A program made the translations under genes and the position numbers. The notes below the pieces were generated by a model that worked only from the letters and a program-made list of their open reading frames with translations, was not told the DNA's origin and did not search any database. A stretch of DNA of 64,000 nt. Origin: Isurus oxyrinchus (Eukaryota). The DNA lies in contig JANJGN010000004.1 of the NCBI GenBank assembly GCA_026770705.1, forward strand, positions 128,092,001 to 128,156,000. The letters run 5' to 3'. Below are positions 1 to 12,523 of the stretch, piece after piece (positions within the stretch are counted from its first letter, which is position 1; every line of letters starts with the position of its first letter).

Positions 1-299
1 TGCTTCTGCTCATCTTTGGATGTAGGATTTAATTTACAATCTGCTTGCACCCACTCCAGTTGAGGCAGGCAGCACACAAACTTTGCCCTACGTTCTCATT
101 TGGAAAGATTGTTGTTTTCAGCTGAGTGGGACGTGTGTTGCTGGCTGGCTGAAGTGTCAGCGGGAGGCATATCAGCATGCAAGGCTAGCATGTGTTACAG
201 CTAGCCTCCAATTCTTAAAGGCAGTCTATCTCTCTTAAAGGAGAGCTGCACTGAATGAAAGGAGGCTGCTGCTGACTGCCTATGCTGCAATTGGAAACA

Positions 300-2780
300 A
301 AGGGAATGGAGTACTAGGGAAAAGAGGGACCTCCCAGGTTTACTGATGTAGTGCTGGAGGCCTTAGTCATCCAGACAGACAGGGGGAAACAATACTATAT
401 TTCCAGTGGGGCCCTGAAGGCAGGGAGTCTGGTCCAGAGGACTTGACAGCAGTGCTACAAGAAGTTTAATGCCCTCACGCGGGTGGACAAGGTCAACGAA
501 TGCACCTTCAGAGAACATCTACTACCCACTATGCCACCAACATTTTGCATGGCTCAATGCACTAGTACCCCATCACTTACCAATTAGTAGATACTCCACT
601 CATTCCCACAAATCTTATTCTGATGACACCCTTACACTGACCTCTCAATGCATCCACATGCCACAAGGTATTCAGCTATGGCAGGCACATCAACCAAATA
701 CGGTATAACACTGTCACTGAAATCCTTCCTTCTCTCTTGTAGGACAAAGATGGCACACAATAGAAAGGAAAAGAGCAAAACTGGCAGGGAACAGGCAGAT
801 CTTCACCCTGAGTTCAAAGGAGAAGACGGTCCTCCCTATCAAGTGGCTGACTGCGACAGAGCCCATAGCATATGGCATCACCAGTAGCATTCAGGATGAC
901 AACATATTACTGGCATATGCCCCTTCTCAAGTCCTAACTCACACTTATCCTGCTATTTGGCATGAGGGACAAGTGTAAGAAAACCAAAACAAAAACGAAA
1001 CTAAACAAAGTGCTGGAAAGAGGGTAATTGGATTTTGTGGCTATGACATAATTTCTGAGAAGCTAGATTCTGATTGGGGTTGCTGTAGGGAAATCTAGGA
1101 AAAGAAAAAGACAAACATCAAGTGACTGGGTGTTATAATTTGTGATCAGCAGCAGAACATACAGGCCCTGGTGAGGAGAAGCAGAGGGGGACAGAAGCTC
1201 TTGGAGGCAAGATGTGAGCTGGCTGAAAAGGTCTAAAGCCTCAAAAGCTATATGAACAACTTGGACATGCTAAAGAGCTGGGTGCCTTTTACCAGAAATA
1301 GCCAAACCATGAATCGGGGTTATTTGTTGGCCTGTTGAGAAGGAACTCTGGAAAGCTACACCATCTGAAAAGTCATGACCCGAAGGAGAAAGAGTGCATA
1401 GAAGAGTGCCTTGCTGATGATAATCATACCTGTGAAACTCAGGGGTGCAGGCTGTTGTGGGATAGGAATCCTGGCCGACATAGTGGGAATAAAGAACAGC
1501 ATACTGCGGAACTGTGCAGCAATGTAATGCCATACATGCTGAGCAGAAATGCTTTATTTCTATGAGACTCATCTTTGTTGCATCTCCCGATTAAAGTAAA
1601 ATTCATAATTCTTATTGTAATATCATTTGTCTGTTAATACATACTTAATTTGTGTTGATTTTGGGTTTGACTGTTACAGAAAATGTTTTAAAAAAATATC
1701 TTGTCCATCAATTAATTTCGTCGAGATTATTTGGGATACCTTTCGTTTCAGGTTATTGGCCCCTCTGGAGATCTTAATACAAGCTGCGGATGGTGTGACC
1801 ATGGACACCTTGCTTTACATCCTCTTCCTTTGATTTTCTGCTTCCAGATACCCAAGAACTGCTGCTCCATGACATCCCTTGACCACAGCAGCCTCATGAT
1901 GAAGAGGGAGAGTAACTATACATAATCGATGAAGAAACACAAACTAATGGCCTGACACTCAAAGCCACCAGCTCAGATTCTGGCATTTTGTGAATTTTAG
2001 AGGAAAGTATAGGGTTGGAATAAGTATGTGATGAGTCACTGGGCATGAATGGGCCAAAGCCAAGCCAGACGAAAAGGACAGCTCATGTGTCAGCTCTCCA
2101 GAGGCTAAGATCACAGATGAATTCTGCTACAGGAAACTTAGAAGGGGCACTGATGGGGTAGCACACAGGAAAACATTCAGGATGAACATCAAGATACTTG
2201 GTGCATTGATAGGCCTGCCAGAAAAATTCCTGTAACTGCCAAGGGGCTTGGTTCATATATTGCAGAGGATGTCACAGAGCTTGGAACCTATCCTTTGCAT
2301 CAGGGAAGTGGTGAACAACTCCATAGTAACATTTGTGGACCCAACCATGATGTCACTGTCTTAGCTTACAGAAGCCATCTAATGTCTCAGTGCTGCGACA
2401 GAAAATCAGGCAGAGATAATGAAATCCATGCTTGCTGCTATGCCGGTGCAGACTGCCACCACCATGGCTGCAGATCTCAGTGCTCGACTGGCATGTGGAT
2501 TCTTGTGTCAGTCCAGCAACTTGTTCTCCAGCAGATTGCTGATGTCTCACTCAGTGAGAATGGCAGTAGCACCATGGACCGTGAGCCTACTGTCCTCTCT
2601 CAGGTTGACAGCATTTGCGCTTCCACCACTACCACTCTGCTAATGCCCTTGCTGTTGTCTGCCAGCCAGTCAGCACAGACTGCTGCCACCGGGGTGGTAA
2701 TGCATTGGAGTACTCAGTCAAACAAAAGAAGTGCAAAGCAGGCACTAAGGGAATGCACAAGGGTAGTTAGTTAATTTATG
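300..2780 (+). pseudogene. Degenerate Harbinger ORF2 (Myb/SANT-like DNA-binding protein gene), spliced, interrupted by an LTR-like insertion
   Basis: Remnants PRFTDVVLEALV (~335) and CYKKFNALTRV (~455), then an acceptor ctctcttgtag before KMAHNRKEKSKTG (~745). Same exon layout as the better-preserved copies at 18630 and 59027. Confidence 0.65.
974..1781 (+). mobile_element. Solo LTR-like element (TG...CA)
   Basis: Starts tgtaag, ends cttaataca and has no coding capacity. 1270-1560 is clearly homologous (reverse complement) to ~31720-32000. Confidence 0.55.
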
Positions 2781-2949
2781 CTTGCAGAAGTTCTTTATTT
2801 TTGCATAAAAATGTCATGGAAAAGTTATTGTGGGTAACTTTTATTGCAGGAGCTTGGCCAAGGGGACACGATGATGGGATGCCCCAGAAGAACGATAAGG
2901 TGGGAAATTGTGGAGTCATGGTGGTAAAGGGAAGTTGGAGTTAGGAGTT

Positions 2950-4280
2950 AGGGAGTAGAATCTGAGACTCTTGCTCAGCCCATCTGGAATAAAAGGCCCA
3001 GGATTCATCACCCCTGCCACATCACTTTCTTGTCCTATTCCTCCTGAGATGAACTTCAGATCCTGGTGGCGTCCTGGTTGTGCCTTCATAAATGCGATAT
3101 TGGATGCAGCACCAAGGGTATGTATTGGAGGTCACACCGCCTCCCCGCCCCCCCATCTCCTGGGAGGAAGCATTGCTTCAACACACCAATGGTCTACTCC
3201 ATGACATCCCTGATGTCATGGCTCTCATTATATGGCTATTGTCCTTGTCTGGTCAAATAGCGGAGAGGGGTCTGGAGGGTGCATCCCATGTCTCGTTAGA
3301 GCCAGCCTCTAGTTTTTCTTGGAGACACAAAGACATTGAGAACAACAAACTGCCTTAGAATGAAGGCATGGTAGCTGCTTCCATGATAGGGGGTCTTTAC
3401 CAACATGCACTGTGCATGGTCATCCAACTATGCATTAATTGAGTTGTAGCCCTTGTGGTCCCTATACATCTCCCTGGTGACATGGGAATGCTTACAGATC
3501 ATTCAATGTCTCCATGTACCATTAGAAATGGAGGCGATGGCATAGTGGTATTGTCACTGGACTAATAATCCAGACACCCAGGGTAATACTCTGGGAACCT
3601 GGGTTTGAATCCTGCCACAGCATTTGGTGGAATTTGAATTCAATAAAAAGTCTGGAATTAAAAGTCTAATGATGACCATGGAACAATTGTTGTAAAAACC
3701 CATCTGGTTCATGAATGCCCTTTCGGGAAGGAAATCTGCTGTCCTTATCTGCTCTGGCCTACATGTGACTCTAGACCCACAGCAATGTGGTTGGTTCTTA
3801 AATGCCCTCTGAAGAAGGGCAATTAGGGATGGGTAATAAATGCTGGCCTAGCCAGTGATGCCACATCCCATGAATGAAAAAAAAATCCTGGCAAAGCCAT
3901 GTGCCCTCGTACCCTGCTCATAGAACATGGTGTAATTGCCTCTTTTTGCATATATGGTTGCTGTCACCTCCTGGATGTAGCGTAGGATGGTGTACTGGGA
4001 GATGTAAATTATGTTGTAACCTCCTACCTATCAGTCGAGTGGCAATTTTAATGCCACTATGATCTTTAAAGCCATTGATAGTGCTGTCTGTGAGGCTCCA
4101 GGCCATATTGGAGAAGATCGTTACAGACTGTTCCACTTCCTTCAACACAAGCTGGCACAGTCTGCCACCAGCTCTTTGTTGAATCTGAGCCCCCTTCAGG
4201 CATTGACTTGGTGAGTTGGAGGTGTGAGAAAACCTGTAGTGAGGAAGGCCTTCTGTGAAGCCCAATGCGCTCTTAATGTG
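2950..4280 (-). pseudogene. Degenerate Harbinger (HARBI1-like DDE) transposase, interrupted by a SINE
   Basis: Minus-strand motifs LRFNKELVAD, YISQYTILRYIQEVT, HKGYNSINA, GSSYHAFILRQ, PYNESH...TIGVLKQCF, with multiple stops and frameshifts. Convergent with the Myb-like ORF, as in the element at 18324-21889. Confidence 0.8.
3529..3885 (+). mobile_element. tRNA-derived SINE whose head and tail match the LINE at 37501-41051
   Basis: A box TGGCATAGTGG (~3538), B box GGTTTGAATCC (~3602), tail agggcaattagggatgggtaataaatgctggcc...catgaatgaaaaaaaa. Confidence 0.9.
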
Positions 4281-5289
4281 TAATGTTTAACCAATAAGCA
4301 GTCTTCTCTCATTGCCTTCACTGTTTGTCTCTAAAACAGGTGAAGCACAATTCAATTTCACCTTGCCCAACTACATAATTCACTTCTCTTCTGCATGGCA
4401 ATGTTTCCCTTGCATCATAACTCCCAAAACATGACAGTACTTAAGTTGTTATCTGCCAGTTCTCTGATTTATTCTACAGCAACTTAGGCAAGAGTTTAAA
4501 ACCCAACCACTTGTACAGTGTTTATACCAAGCCCTATGTAGTTTGTCATCCTATTTGCTGTTCTGTTATTGCTCCAGAATGATTAGATAACTTAAGTGGT
4601 AAGTCAGGTATCAACCCAGCTCCCTTTCCATATCAACTCTAGCCAGTTCTAGAGCATCCATAGTGTATGTATGACATTAAGTGGTAGAAATCAGTCCTTG
4701 TCACAGCTATTTTCAGAGTGAAACACTGCAGCATAAACTTAACAGAGCCACCTGAAATACAACCAAAACCTTATTCGCCTCAAACAATTGGCAGAGGTCC
4801 AATTGACCAGCTTAAACAGTTAAGCCCCTCACATATGTTAACAAGGGGCCTAATACCTATCTACATACTTTCCCATTCCGGCTGAAGTAGATTTGGGACC
4901 TGTCTCCTTACCCTGCTTCAGACTGGAAGGCAATGGCAAAACACCACCAGAAAACCAGAAAACAGCTCTGGATGAAACATCAGAAAACAATGAACCAAAG
5001 ACCTGCTTTTGATCAGAGGACACATGACATGACTTTTCTTCTACCAGCGTTCGCTACCCAGACACACATCTGTATTACATTTCATCTGTCATTGATCAGT
5101 TCATTTGCAGATTTTATCTTAATTCTTTAGTTGGTCTGGTCCCTCGCTGTTCCCTCAGATTTGTCTGTTCCCTCAGCTCCCACTTAGGCTGGATTAGGCT
5201 TTAATCTAGTCAAAAGTAAATTTAGCAGCAAGTAAAGGCAAACATAAATTATGCTCAAGACACAATGAATGCTGTTCTGGGAGAGTATT

Positions 5290-5830
5290 ACGGCACTAGG
5301 GCAATGAATGTTGATAGGTTGTTACTTATCATGTTCTTATGTCCAATTACTGTGAAGACTGCAGCAGGTACAACATAAAACTTCTGTTCTGTTGAAGGGT
5401 CATGAGGACTCGAAATGTCAACTCTTTTCTTCTCCGCCGATGCTGCCAGACCTGCTGAGTTTTTCCAGGTAATTCTGTTTTTGTTTTGGATTTCCAGCAT
5501 CTGCAGTTTTTTGTTTTTACAGCATAAAACTTGTTACATGTAAAACCTTGGTGTGTGCACATTGCAGACATGACACATACATCCTTAGACACTCCCAGGC
5601 ACCAGGGATGTTTACCAGCCCAGCTGTCTGTTTGGCAATAATGGATAGCTTTTAAAAATATGGCTGGTGACTTCCATGGACGGAGCCTGGGCATAGGTAT
5701 AACGATAGCCATACATCGATCAGGGCTATCACTGATCAGACCAGTTGTCTGCTCAAGATCCGTTTCAGATGGCTGGACAGATCAGGTGGCACTCTCCAAT
5801 ATACACCTGCAGAAGTGTCACTTCTTTTTC
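5290..5830 (+). pseudogene. Harbinger transposase remnant (C-terminal half)
   Basis: YILRHSQ..., RYNDSHTSIRAITDQT, LLKIRFRWLDRSGGTLQYTPAEV, matching the HARBI1-family motif LK.RFR.LDRSGG.LQY. Confidence 0.75.
5383..5518 (+). repeat. Short Penelope-type terminal repeat with a hammerhead-ribozyme-like motif
   Basis: gttctgttgaagggtcatgaggactcgaaatgtcaactc...gatgctgccagacctgctgagt. A near-identical inverted copy lies at 10463-10567. Confidence 0.65.
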
Positions 5831-5904
5831 CCATTTTGTAATGACTTGATGGAGAGGACAGGACAAGTTTCACATGGCAATCTGCGTCTGGAACTCCCCA
5901 ATCT

Positions 5905-6430
5905 TATTTACTATACTCTGTGCATTCACATACATGCATAGTAACACTGATTTAGATTTTGTTACTTTCTCCCTTGCCCCGACTTTACTTATTAACTTAC
6001 TGTTCTCTCTACTGGTGCTATCTGTTCCTCCCAGTATTTTGTGCACCCTGGTATTCCTCTCTAACATTTTCTCTTGGTTCCCACACCCCTCCCGAGTTAG
6101 TTTAAAGCCCTCCCAACAGCACGCTCAAAATACCCTGCTTGCTAATTTTCTACCTAGCTCCCTAAATTCTGATTGCAGGACTACATCCCCCTTCTTACCT
6201 AAGTCATGGATAATGAACCACTACCTCTGGCTGATCACCCTCCCTCAGAAGGATGTCCTGCAGCCGCTCCGACATCCTTGACCCTGGCACCAGGGAGGCA
6301 ACATACCATCTTGGCGTCATGTCTACGGCCACAGAAACATCTGTCTGTTCCCCTAACCAATGAATCCCCTATCACTAAAGCTCCTCCTTTCTTCTTCCTC
6401 CCCTCCTGTACAGCCGAGCCACTCATTGTG
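5905..6430 (-). mobile_element. CR1 LINE 5' fragment (ORF1 esterase remnant)
   Basis: ALVIGDSLVRGTDRCFCGRRHDAKMVCCLPGARVKDV, homologous to the ORF at 12710-13312. Confidence 0.85.
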
Positions 6431-6434
6431 GTTG

Positions 6435-7690
6435 AGGCACCTGTATCCACCTCCATTATTAATAGCTTCTCACTAACTTGGATTATGACAGTGATAGGTT
6501 TGGTTTTTATGGCAGTTAAATTACAGGGAATAAATGTTGGTGTTGGCAGCTTCAGGTACTCTTGTATTTTTTTAATTCAATCATGTTGGGTTTCTGCTTT
6601 ATGGTCTGTTTCGACTTTGCCTTGTATTGCCTTACTATGTGACCTGTCTTATGGCAGTAACATGCAGTAACATGCATGAATTTACAGGTGTCTGATCCGT
6701 GGTCACTTTCACATCTATAACAACTTAATCTTGGAGTTGCTGCTGAAGTGTTTCGACCAAGCCTTTTCATGTTTCTGACAATGGACATTGCATCTTGCTT
6801 TGAGCTATGGGTCTGGTTTCTGTGCCATGCCCGGTGATAGGTTCCGGCTCCACATGAACAATGGCGCCATGTTGCATGTGTCGCAAAGCCTGCAAGTCTC
6901 TCGCAGCACTTTCCATGGCGAGGGAGATTTCTAGGGCGCGCTTCCAGTTGATGTCGACCTTGGCAAGTAAATGGCGCTGTATGGCATCATCCTTAACTCC
7001 ACAAGCTAATCGTTCCCACAGCATACCATTTAATGTGTTCCATTAATTGCTTAAGGTTCACTACATAGATTGTGATGGACTCTCCGGGGGCCTTAACTCT
7101 GGAATTAAATTTAAAACACTACATTATTACAGATGGCTTTGACTGGAAGTGTGTTTTCACAAGGTCCACTAATTCATTATAGGGCATGGAATTGGGCATA
7201 CTCGGACCGTCAGGTTGTGAATGAGATTTTATGTCTTACTGCCACTTACACTCAAAAGGATGGCTTTCTGCTTCTCTTCTGTGGTAATTTCATTTGTTAT
7301 GAAATAAAATCCGAGGTGCTCTGGCCTTTGGCTCCAGTCTTCCATAATCGTATCATAAGGATTGATTCTGCCGAAGAGTGGCATGACTGGTGAGTAGTCT
7401 TTTCTTTTTCTTATGATTCAATGTACTCACAGTGACCAGGTGAGGTGCAGACTCAGAGCGATTTTACTCTTGTCACCAAATGTAATCACTCAATGGAGTG
7501 GACAGGTTTCAACAAGAAACAGATAAATTTCATTACAGAGACCTTTTCAGGTGCTACATGCTCGATCAGGACTCTCGTCAGGAAGCCCCACCTCCTTGAA
7601 TGCCCGAGCTTAGGGTTCATTGGCCGGAGCCTCCCAGAGGATCACGTGGTTCCTCATGGATGGCAGGAGAGGCTATACCTTCAGTTCCTA
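6435..7690 (-). mobile_element. Gypsy LTR retrotransposon 5' part: LTR remnant, PBS, gag with zinc knuckle
   Basis: ERLACGVKDDAIQRHLLA..ALEISLAMESAA and CYRC...C...CHKTGHI. PBS-like TGGTGACAAGAG next to an LTR end ...attaca at ~7467-7486. Confidence 0.8.
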
Positions 7691-7696
7691 CACCTT

Positions 7697-8345
7697 TATT
7701 CTTTCATGGAATGTGGGCATCACTGGCAAGGTCAACATTTATTGTCCTCCCCTATTTGTCTTTGAAATGAGTGACTTGCTAGGCCATTTCAGAGGGCATT
7801 TAAGAGTCAATCACAATTCGGTGGGTCTGGAGTCACATGTAGGAAAAACCAGGTGAGGATGACAGATACCCTGCCCTAAAAGGACTTTAGTAAACCAGAT
7901 GGGTTTTTACAACAATGGATTATAGCTTCATGGTCACCATTACTGGGACTAGCTTTCAATTCCAAATTTATTAATTGATTTCAAATTCCACCAGTTGCCA
8001 TGGTGGGATTTGAACCTATGTCCCCATATCATTAGCACTGGCCTCTGGATTACTAGTCCAATTTTATTGCTGTGGCATAATGGCTTAATAGTTATGGTAA
8101 TGAGATAGTGGTATGTATTGTGATGTAACAATGACATCAGCAGTCATGTGCTAGAGACTCCATAGAGAAGATAAAATAGCCTGTACACAAGAGAGATGTA
8201 GTCACCTAGTATCTTATTGTGTTTATGGTGTAAATAAACTAGTTTTGAAGCAACCTACCTGAGTCAGGCTTGAGTCAACTTTCCTAGTATAGATTAGGCC
8301 ATGAGACAAACCACTAACAATTACCACTATGCCACTGTCTCCCCC
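7697..8345 (-). mobile_element. tRNA-derived SINE (same family as 3529), with a solo LTR inserted in its head
   Basis: Tail at 7697-7770, body to ~8060, A-box end attaccactatgccactgtctcccc at 8320-8345. Confidence 0.85.
8067..8319 (+). mobile_element. Small solo LTR
   Basis: tg...ccactaaca ends, gtcatgtg and aataaa motifs. Splits the SINE between its A box and the rest. Confidence 0.55.
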
Positions 8346-8349
8346 ACGG

Positions 8350-9600
8350 ACTTACGCTCACCATTTGCTGTGCATTGCACAACCTGGCCCTCCAGAGAGG
8401 GAAAACCATGTCAGAGGAGGAATTGATGGAGACAGCCTAGTCCTCTGATGGTGAGTCTGATGAAGAGGAGGGTGAGCTGCACCGAACATCTGTGCAAGCC
8501 GGTCCAGGGGAGGGTCTGGATGCTTATAAGGCAAGAGATGCTCTAATACTTAGAAGATTCCAATAGCAGAGTGTCTCCGGCTCAATAACACCTTCCTGGG
8601 CCTTGGCACCTTCTCCTGTTATCTCCCTGTCATGAACAGCAGGGCCGCGTAAAAGGCAATAGGGCAATGAGAGTCACCAGATAATGTGCAATGCCTCTAG
8701 AATCTCTGCCACATCTCCACAAACATGTCCTTAATGTCCAGCATCTGCTGCCTGATGGACAACTTCTGAGACAGACACAGAAACAGACATGGTGGGCTGA
8801 ATGGCCTCTTTCTGCGCTGTGTGTTTCTTTAAAACTTCTTTCTTTTCTTTGAAGGCTCATCATCAGACTGATGCTCAGCACCTAGACCATCTCCAGCATT
8901 CTGCCAAGTGCCAGGGCCTCTCAATCTCAGTCTCCGACAGCTGTTTCAACGACTTTGAAGGTCTCCTCTTTGTCAATGGGATGAGGACCTCCCTGCCTAT
9001 CACTTGCAGCCTGGAGGAATTGCAGGGAGTCATCTTCAAATCTTGGGACCATCCTTGGTCTGGGGCCCTCCCTAACTCCTGGCTGTATTCTTTCAGCCAT
9101 CTGTGGAGAGCCAAGAGAGTTAAGGGGCTGATTTTGAATATCTCCCTAAGCACTTGCTATTCATCAGGGGAATGGATCAGCTACATTCAAATGTTCTTTC
9201 TTCCCTGGCAATAGTCCTGAATGCTTCCAAACTAGCAGAATGGCCATCCACATTTATCACCCAGCTCTTACCTATTGCATTAGGTTACTGGAATTTAAAT
9301 TCTTTCATAAAAATTCTTCAGCGTCCCAAGAATGCTTTTAGGTGCATGTGCCACAGTCTCTTGCCAGGGTTACCTTTAAATGGGTGGGCATGAACTACTT
9401 CTAGTTCATGGTCTGCCCCTCTGTTCCTGGGCATCCCCTCTTTCATGACTCATTGGGCGTGCTGCCCACTATTCCTCACTGCTGTTGACTTGCTCTCCGC
9501 TGAGCAAGCATTAATCGGCCGTTACATGTATTATCCGGCAGCCTCTCAAAGGAGTAGGTGACCCATGCACTTCTGGATTGAACTCCCGCCCTCTGCTAAG
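8350..9600. mobile_element. Degenerate Harbinger element (transposase C-terminus on +, probable second ORF remnant on -)
   Basis: TICCALHNLALQR followed by an acidic tail at 8355-8560. The rest is poorly resolved. Confidence 0.5.
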
Positions 9601-10462
9601 GTATGCAAAACTCATGTAAATAGGTTTACATATTAATCTTTTTAGTACAGTTTAATGAAGAGACTTTAAATTCAAATTCTTATCAAAGATGATGTCAAAG
9701 GATTGAAGGAATTAAGTTTTTAGCTAAATAATTAAAGAACTTGAGCAAAATAAGTACTGAATCTGCACAGATAGCAACAAATGGTTTTTTGAGTGCAAAT
9801 CTAGGATGATTCCACCCATTATCTAAAATACAGACACAAAGATTAAAAACATATAAACATGAAAAGATACTTAAAGATGAAATCTCAAATCAGTCTCTGA
9901 GATATCATTGCAGGCCTATTGCTTGACTTCCTTCGTTCTGAAGTGATAGTTTGAAACTTGACATCCTGTTTAATCGCTGCAATAGCTTCTGCAGTTGACC
10001 AGTCGGTGTTTGCCTTTTTCAGGTGGATTCAGCAGGTCAAGCAGCTTGTGGGACAGAGAGAAGGCTTCTTGGAAGAACAGCAGTTGATTTCTTAATACCT
10101 TCCTCTTTGACTCCTGGTGGCAGAGAGATAAACCCTCAGGTATCTCTCAGAGTTTTTCCTGAGGGTGCCTCACTGTTTTTACTGTGAGCTGTGTGCTACT
10201 ATTGTCTCTTACACTGCCACTCAAAATGGCTTCTTACAACTTCCTTTATGCAGTTCAAAAAAACAAGAAAATGGCTGCTATGTTAATTTTCAAGGAGTCA
10301 TTGTTTCACTAGGCAAAGAAATTAATTATGTTGAAGTCCCTTCTTGGTCTCCCATTCTCCCAAAGCCCAGGGATTTTCACACCATTTTAGAGGATACAAT
10401 GGACACCCTTGGAGGAGTCTTTTGCATTTTAATGATTCTTCGTAGCCAGCCCTAGAGGTATG

Positions 10463-10567
10463 AGAACAAAAACAGAATTACCTGGAAAAACTCAGCAGGT
10501 CTGGCAGCATCGGAGGAGAAGAAAAGAGTTGACATTTCGAGTCCTCATGACCCTTCGACAGAACTTG
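10463..10567 (-). repeat. Short Penelope-type terminal repeat with a hammerhead-like motif
   Basis: Reverse complement of 5386-5490 with very few substitutions. Confidence 0.65.
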
Positions 10568-10699
10568 AAGGTATGAGGTTTACTCTACAGATGGGTGCCA
10601 TGTTATCTGTCCATACTGCCACTTTAAAAAAATATTTTACTCAACGTAAAAGTTTGAAAACAGAAATGTACCTTTAAAGCAGTTGTCCTTAACATCTCT

Positions 10700-11424
10700 A
10701 ACATCATAATTACACAGTTGTGACAATAAATATCATGCAAATCAAACCAGTAACAATACTCAACTCCATGGAGTGCATAAACTTCAACAGTCAGGATTCG
10801 TCACCAGAGTCAAGTACTGGAAAATACACGAAGTCTGCGATTTTACCTTGTAGAGACTGAAAATGGAGTAGTGAGAAAAAAACAGAAACACACTTATATC
10901 TACAAGATGACCGTCAATAGAATAGATTAACTTCCCATATGATCAGGAAGACAACCTGAACAGAATAGCCTCTGATGATTCACATAATACTCTACAGGGT
11001 TCGAGGGAGAACATGGAGACCTTGAATGCTATAGAACCTCCAAGGGAGCTCCAAAAGGACAAGGTCGGGAGATTGGTGAAACCACCTCAACAGTTATCTC
11101 TGTTCATCAGGGATGAAGGCAGAGACTTCGGGGGAGATGTAGAATAGTGTAAATAATGTAGTTAATAGATTAAGAAATTTGAGGAGAATTGTAGTATGAA
11201 AGGTTCATGTTAAACATGTAAATATATAGTCTATATCATCACTAGCATAAGATCATATGACAACAGATGCACGTTGAGAGATAATTCCATGTGGAGGCTT
11301 GTGCTAAGCCTGTACTGTGCATAGTTAGTATAATGTTCAATAAAAGGTAGAGTTTACCAACAGTCTTGCCTCCAGTTGTACCTGTAGATCCAGACCATTG
11401 GCAACCCCATCTAAGACCCAACAC
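10700..11424 (+). mobile_element. Gypsy 3' end: integrase C-terminal remnant, polypurine tract, 3' LTR
   Basis: RFYLVETENGVVRKKQKH resembles the Gypsy (P)RSYxV...RRNRRH motif. ggggaga precedes TGTAG at ~11138. The LTR has aataaa and ends ...ccaaca. Confidence 0.6.
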
Positions 11425-11945
11425 GATGATAACAGATGAAATTTAGCAGATAACATATTTGAATTTTCATTAAACAAATTAGAAGAGACCAAGTTGATGC
11501 TCAGTGCTGTTGAACAGAAATGGGATTCAGCTTTGTCTGCTGATCTATTCAGTTTCTGATCTAAACTGCAAGATGCTAAATAAAGCCTTGACAAGGTGAG
11601 GAGAATAACAGTTTGAAAGAAGAGCAATGCCTGGATGGCCTTTGGTGATCCTGGTACTTAGAACAGAGGTTTACACAACAGCCTGGGCGCATGCCATGCA
11701 CCAATTCTCTTGACTACAGTTATCAACCCCAGCAGACAGAGAAAGCAGAACTAAATAACAAATAAATAAAAAGGAATCTTGCTTAAACTCCCCCAAGTAT
11801 AATTAAGAGTAATATTAACAAATACCTTTTATATCTGGACCTAAAGCTCCATCAACTGCCATCATTCAGGAAATTTATGGGAGCAGAGAATAGAATAACA
11901 GCTACATTCTGCTTATTACAAGCAACAATTTCTACAAAAACTATG

Positions 11946-12115
11946 TGGCTGAGTTTTCATGGGGATTCTTCTGCTCCTGTTGTGTGTTGATGGAAGTGCC
12001 TTGGAAACTCTTGAGAAAAGGAGCATTAACTTGTTCATGCCACTCTTTCAGGGTTTCCTCAGCCCTTCTAATAAAATTACACCAGAGCAAGAGGACTTCT
12101 GTGGAAATTCAGTCC
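11946..12115. mobile_element. Small Harbinger-type MITE
   Basis: Imperfect terminal inverted repeats ggctgagttttc ... gaaattcagtcc, similar to other MITE ends in the window. Confidence 0.4.
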
Positions 12116-12523
12116 CGTTACAACACATAATTGTTTTACTATAGAATCATTGACTCAGCTATTTAGAACACAAAGAAAGCCATTCAGCCCATTGTGCCTT
12201 TGGTTGGAAAAAGAGCCATACATCCTAATCCCACATTCTAGTTCTTGATCCGTAATTTGTAGGTTACTGCACTTCAAGTGCATATCCACATACATTTTAA
12301 ATATGAAAAAAAAGCAGCTGATTGGTGAGTAAGTCCTGGTGAGTTTTTTTTCCAATCTATTAAAGTAATCCATTGCTTAATACTGAGGTAGGAGCAAAAA
12401 AAAAGTATAGTGTCGTACTGTACATGTATAATTAGTCAAGGAACAACGTACCTAGCTAACATAAATAAGGCTCCGAGCTAGCATATTTTTAACGGAGCAA
12501 CTAGCTTAATCGAGAGAGATATC

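Noticed and set aside
3529-3625. tRNA gene
   Set aside because: A and B boxes are present, but it continues into a SINE body and recurs as a dispersed repeat, and I see no convincing cloverleaf.
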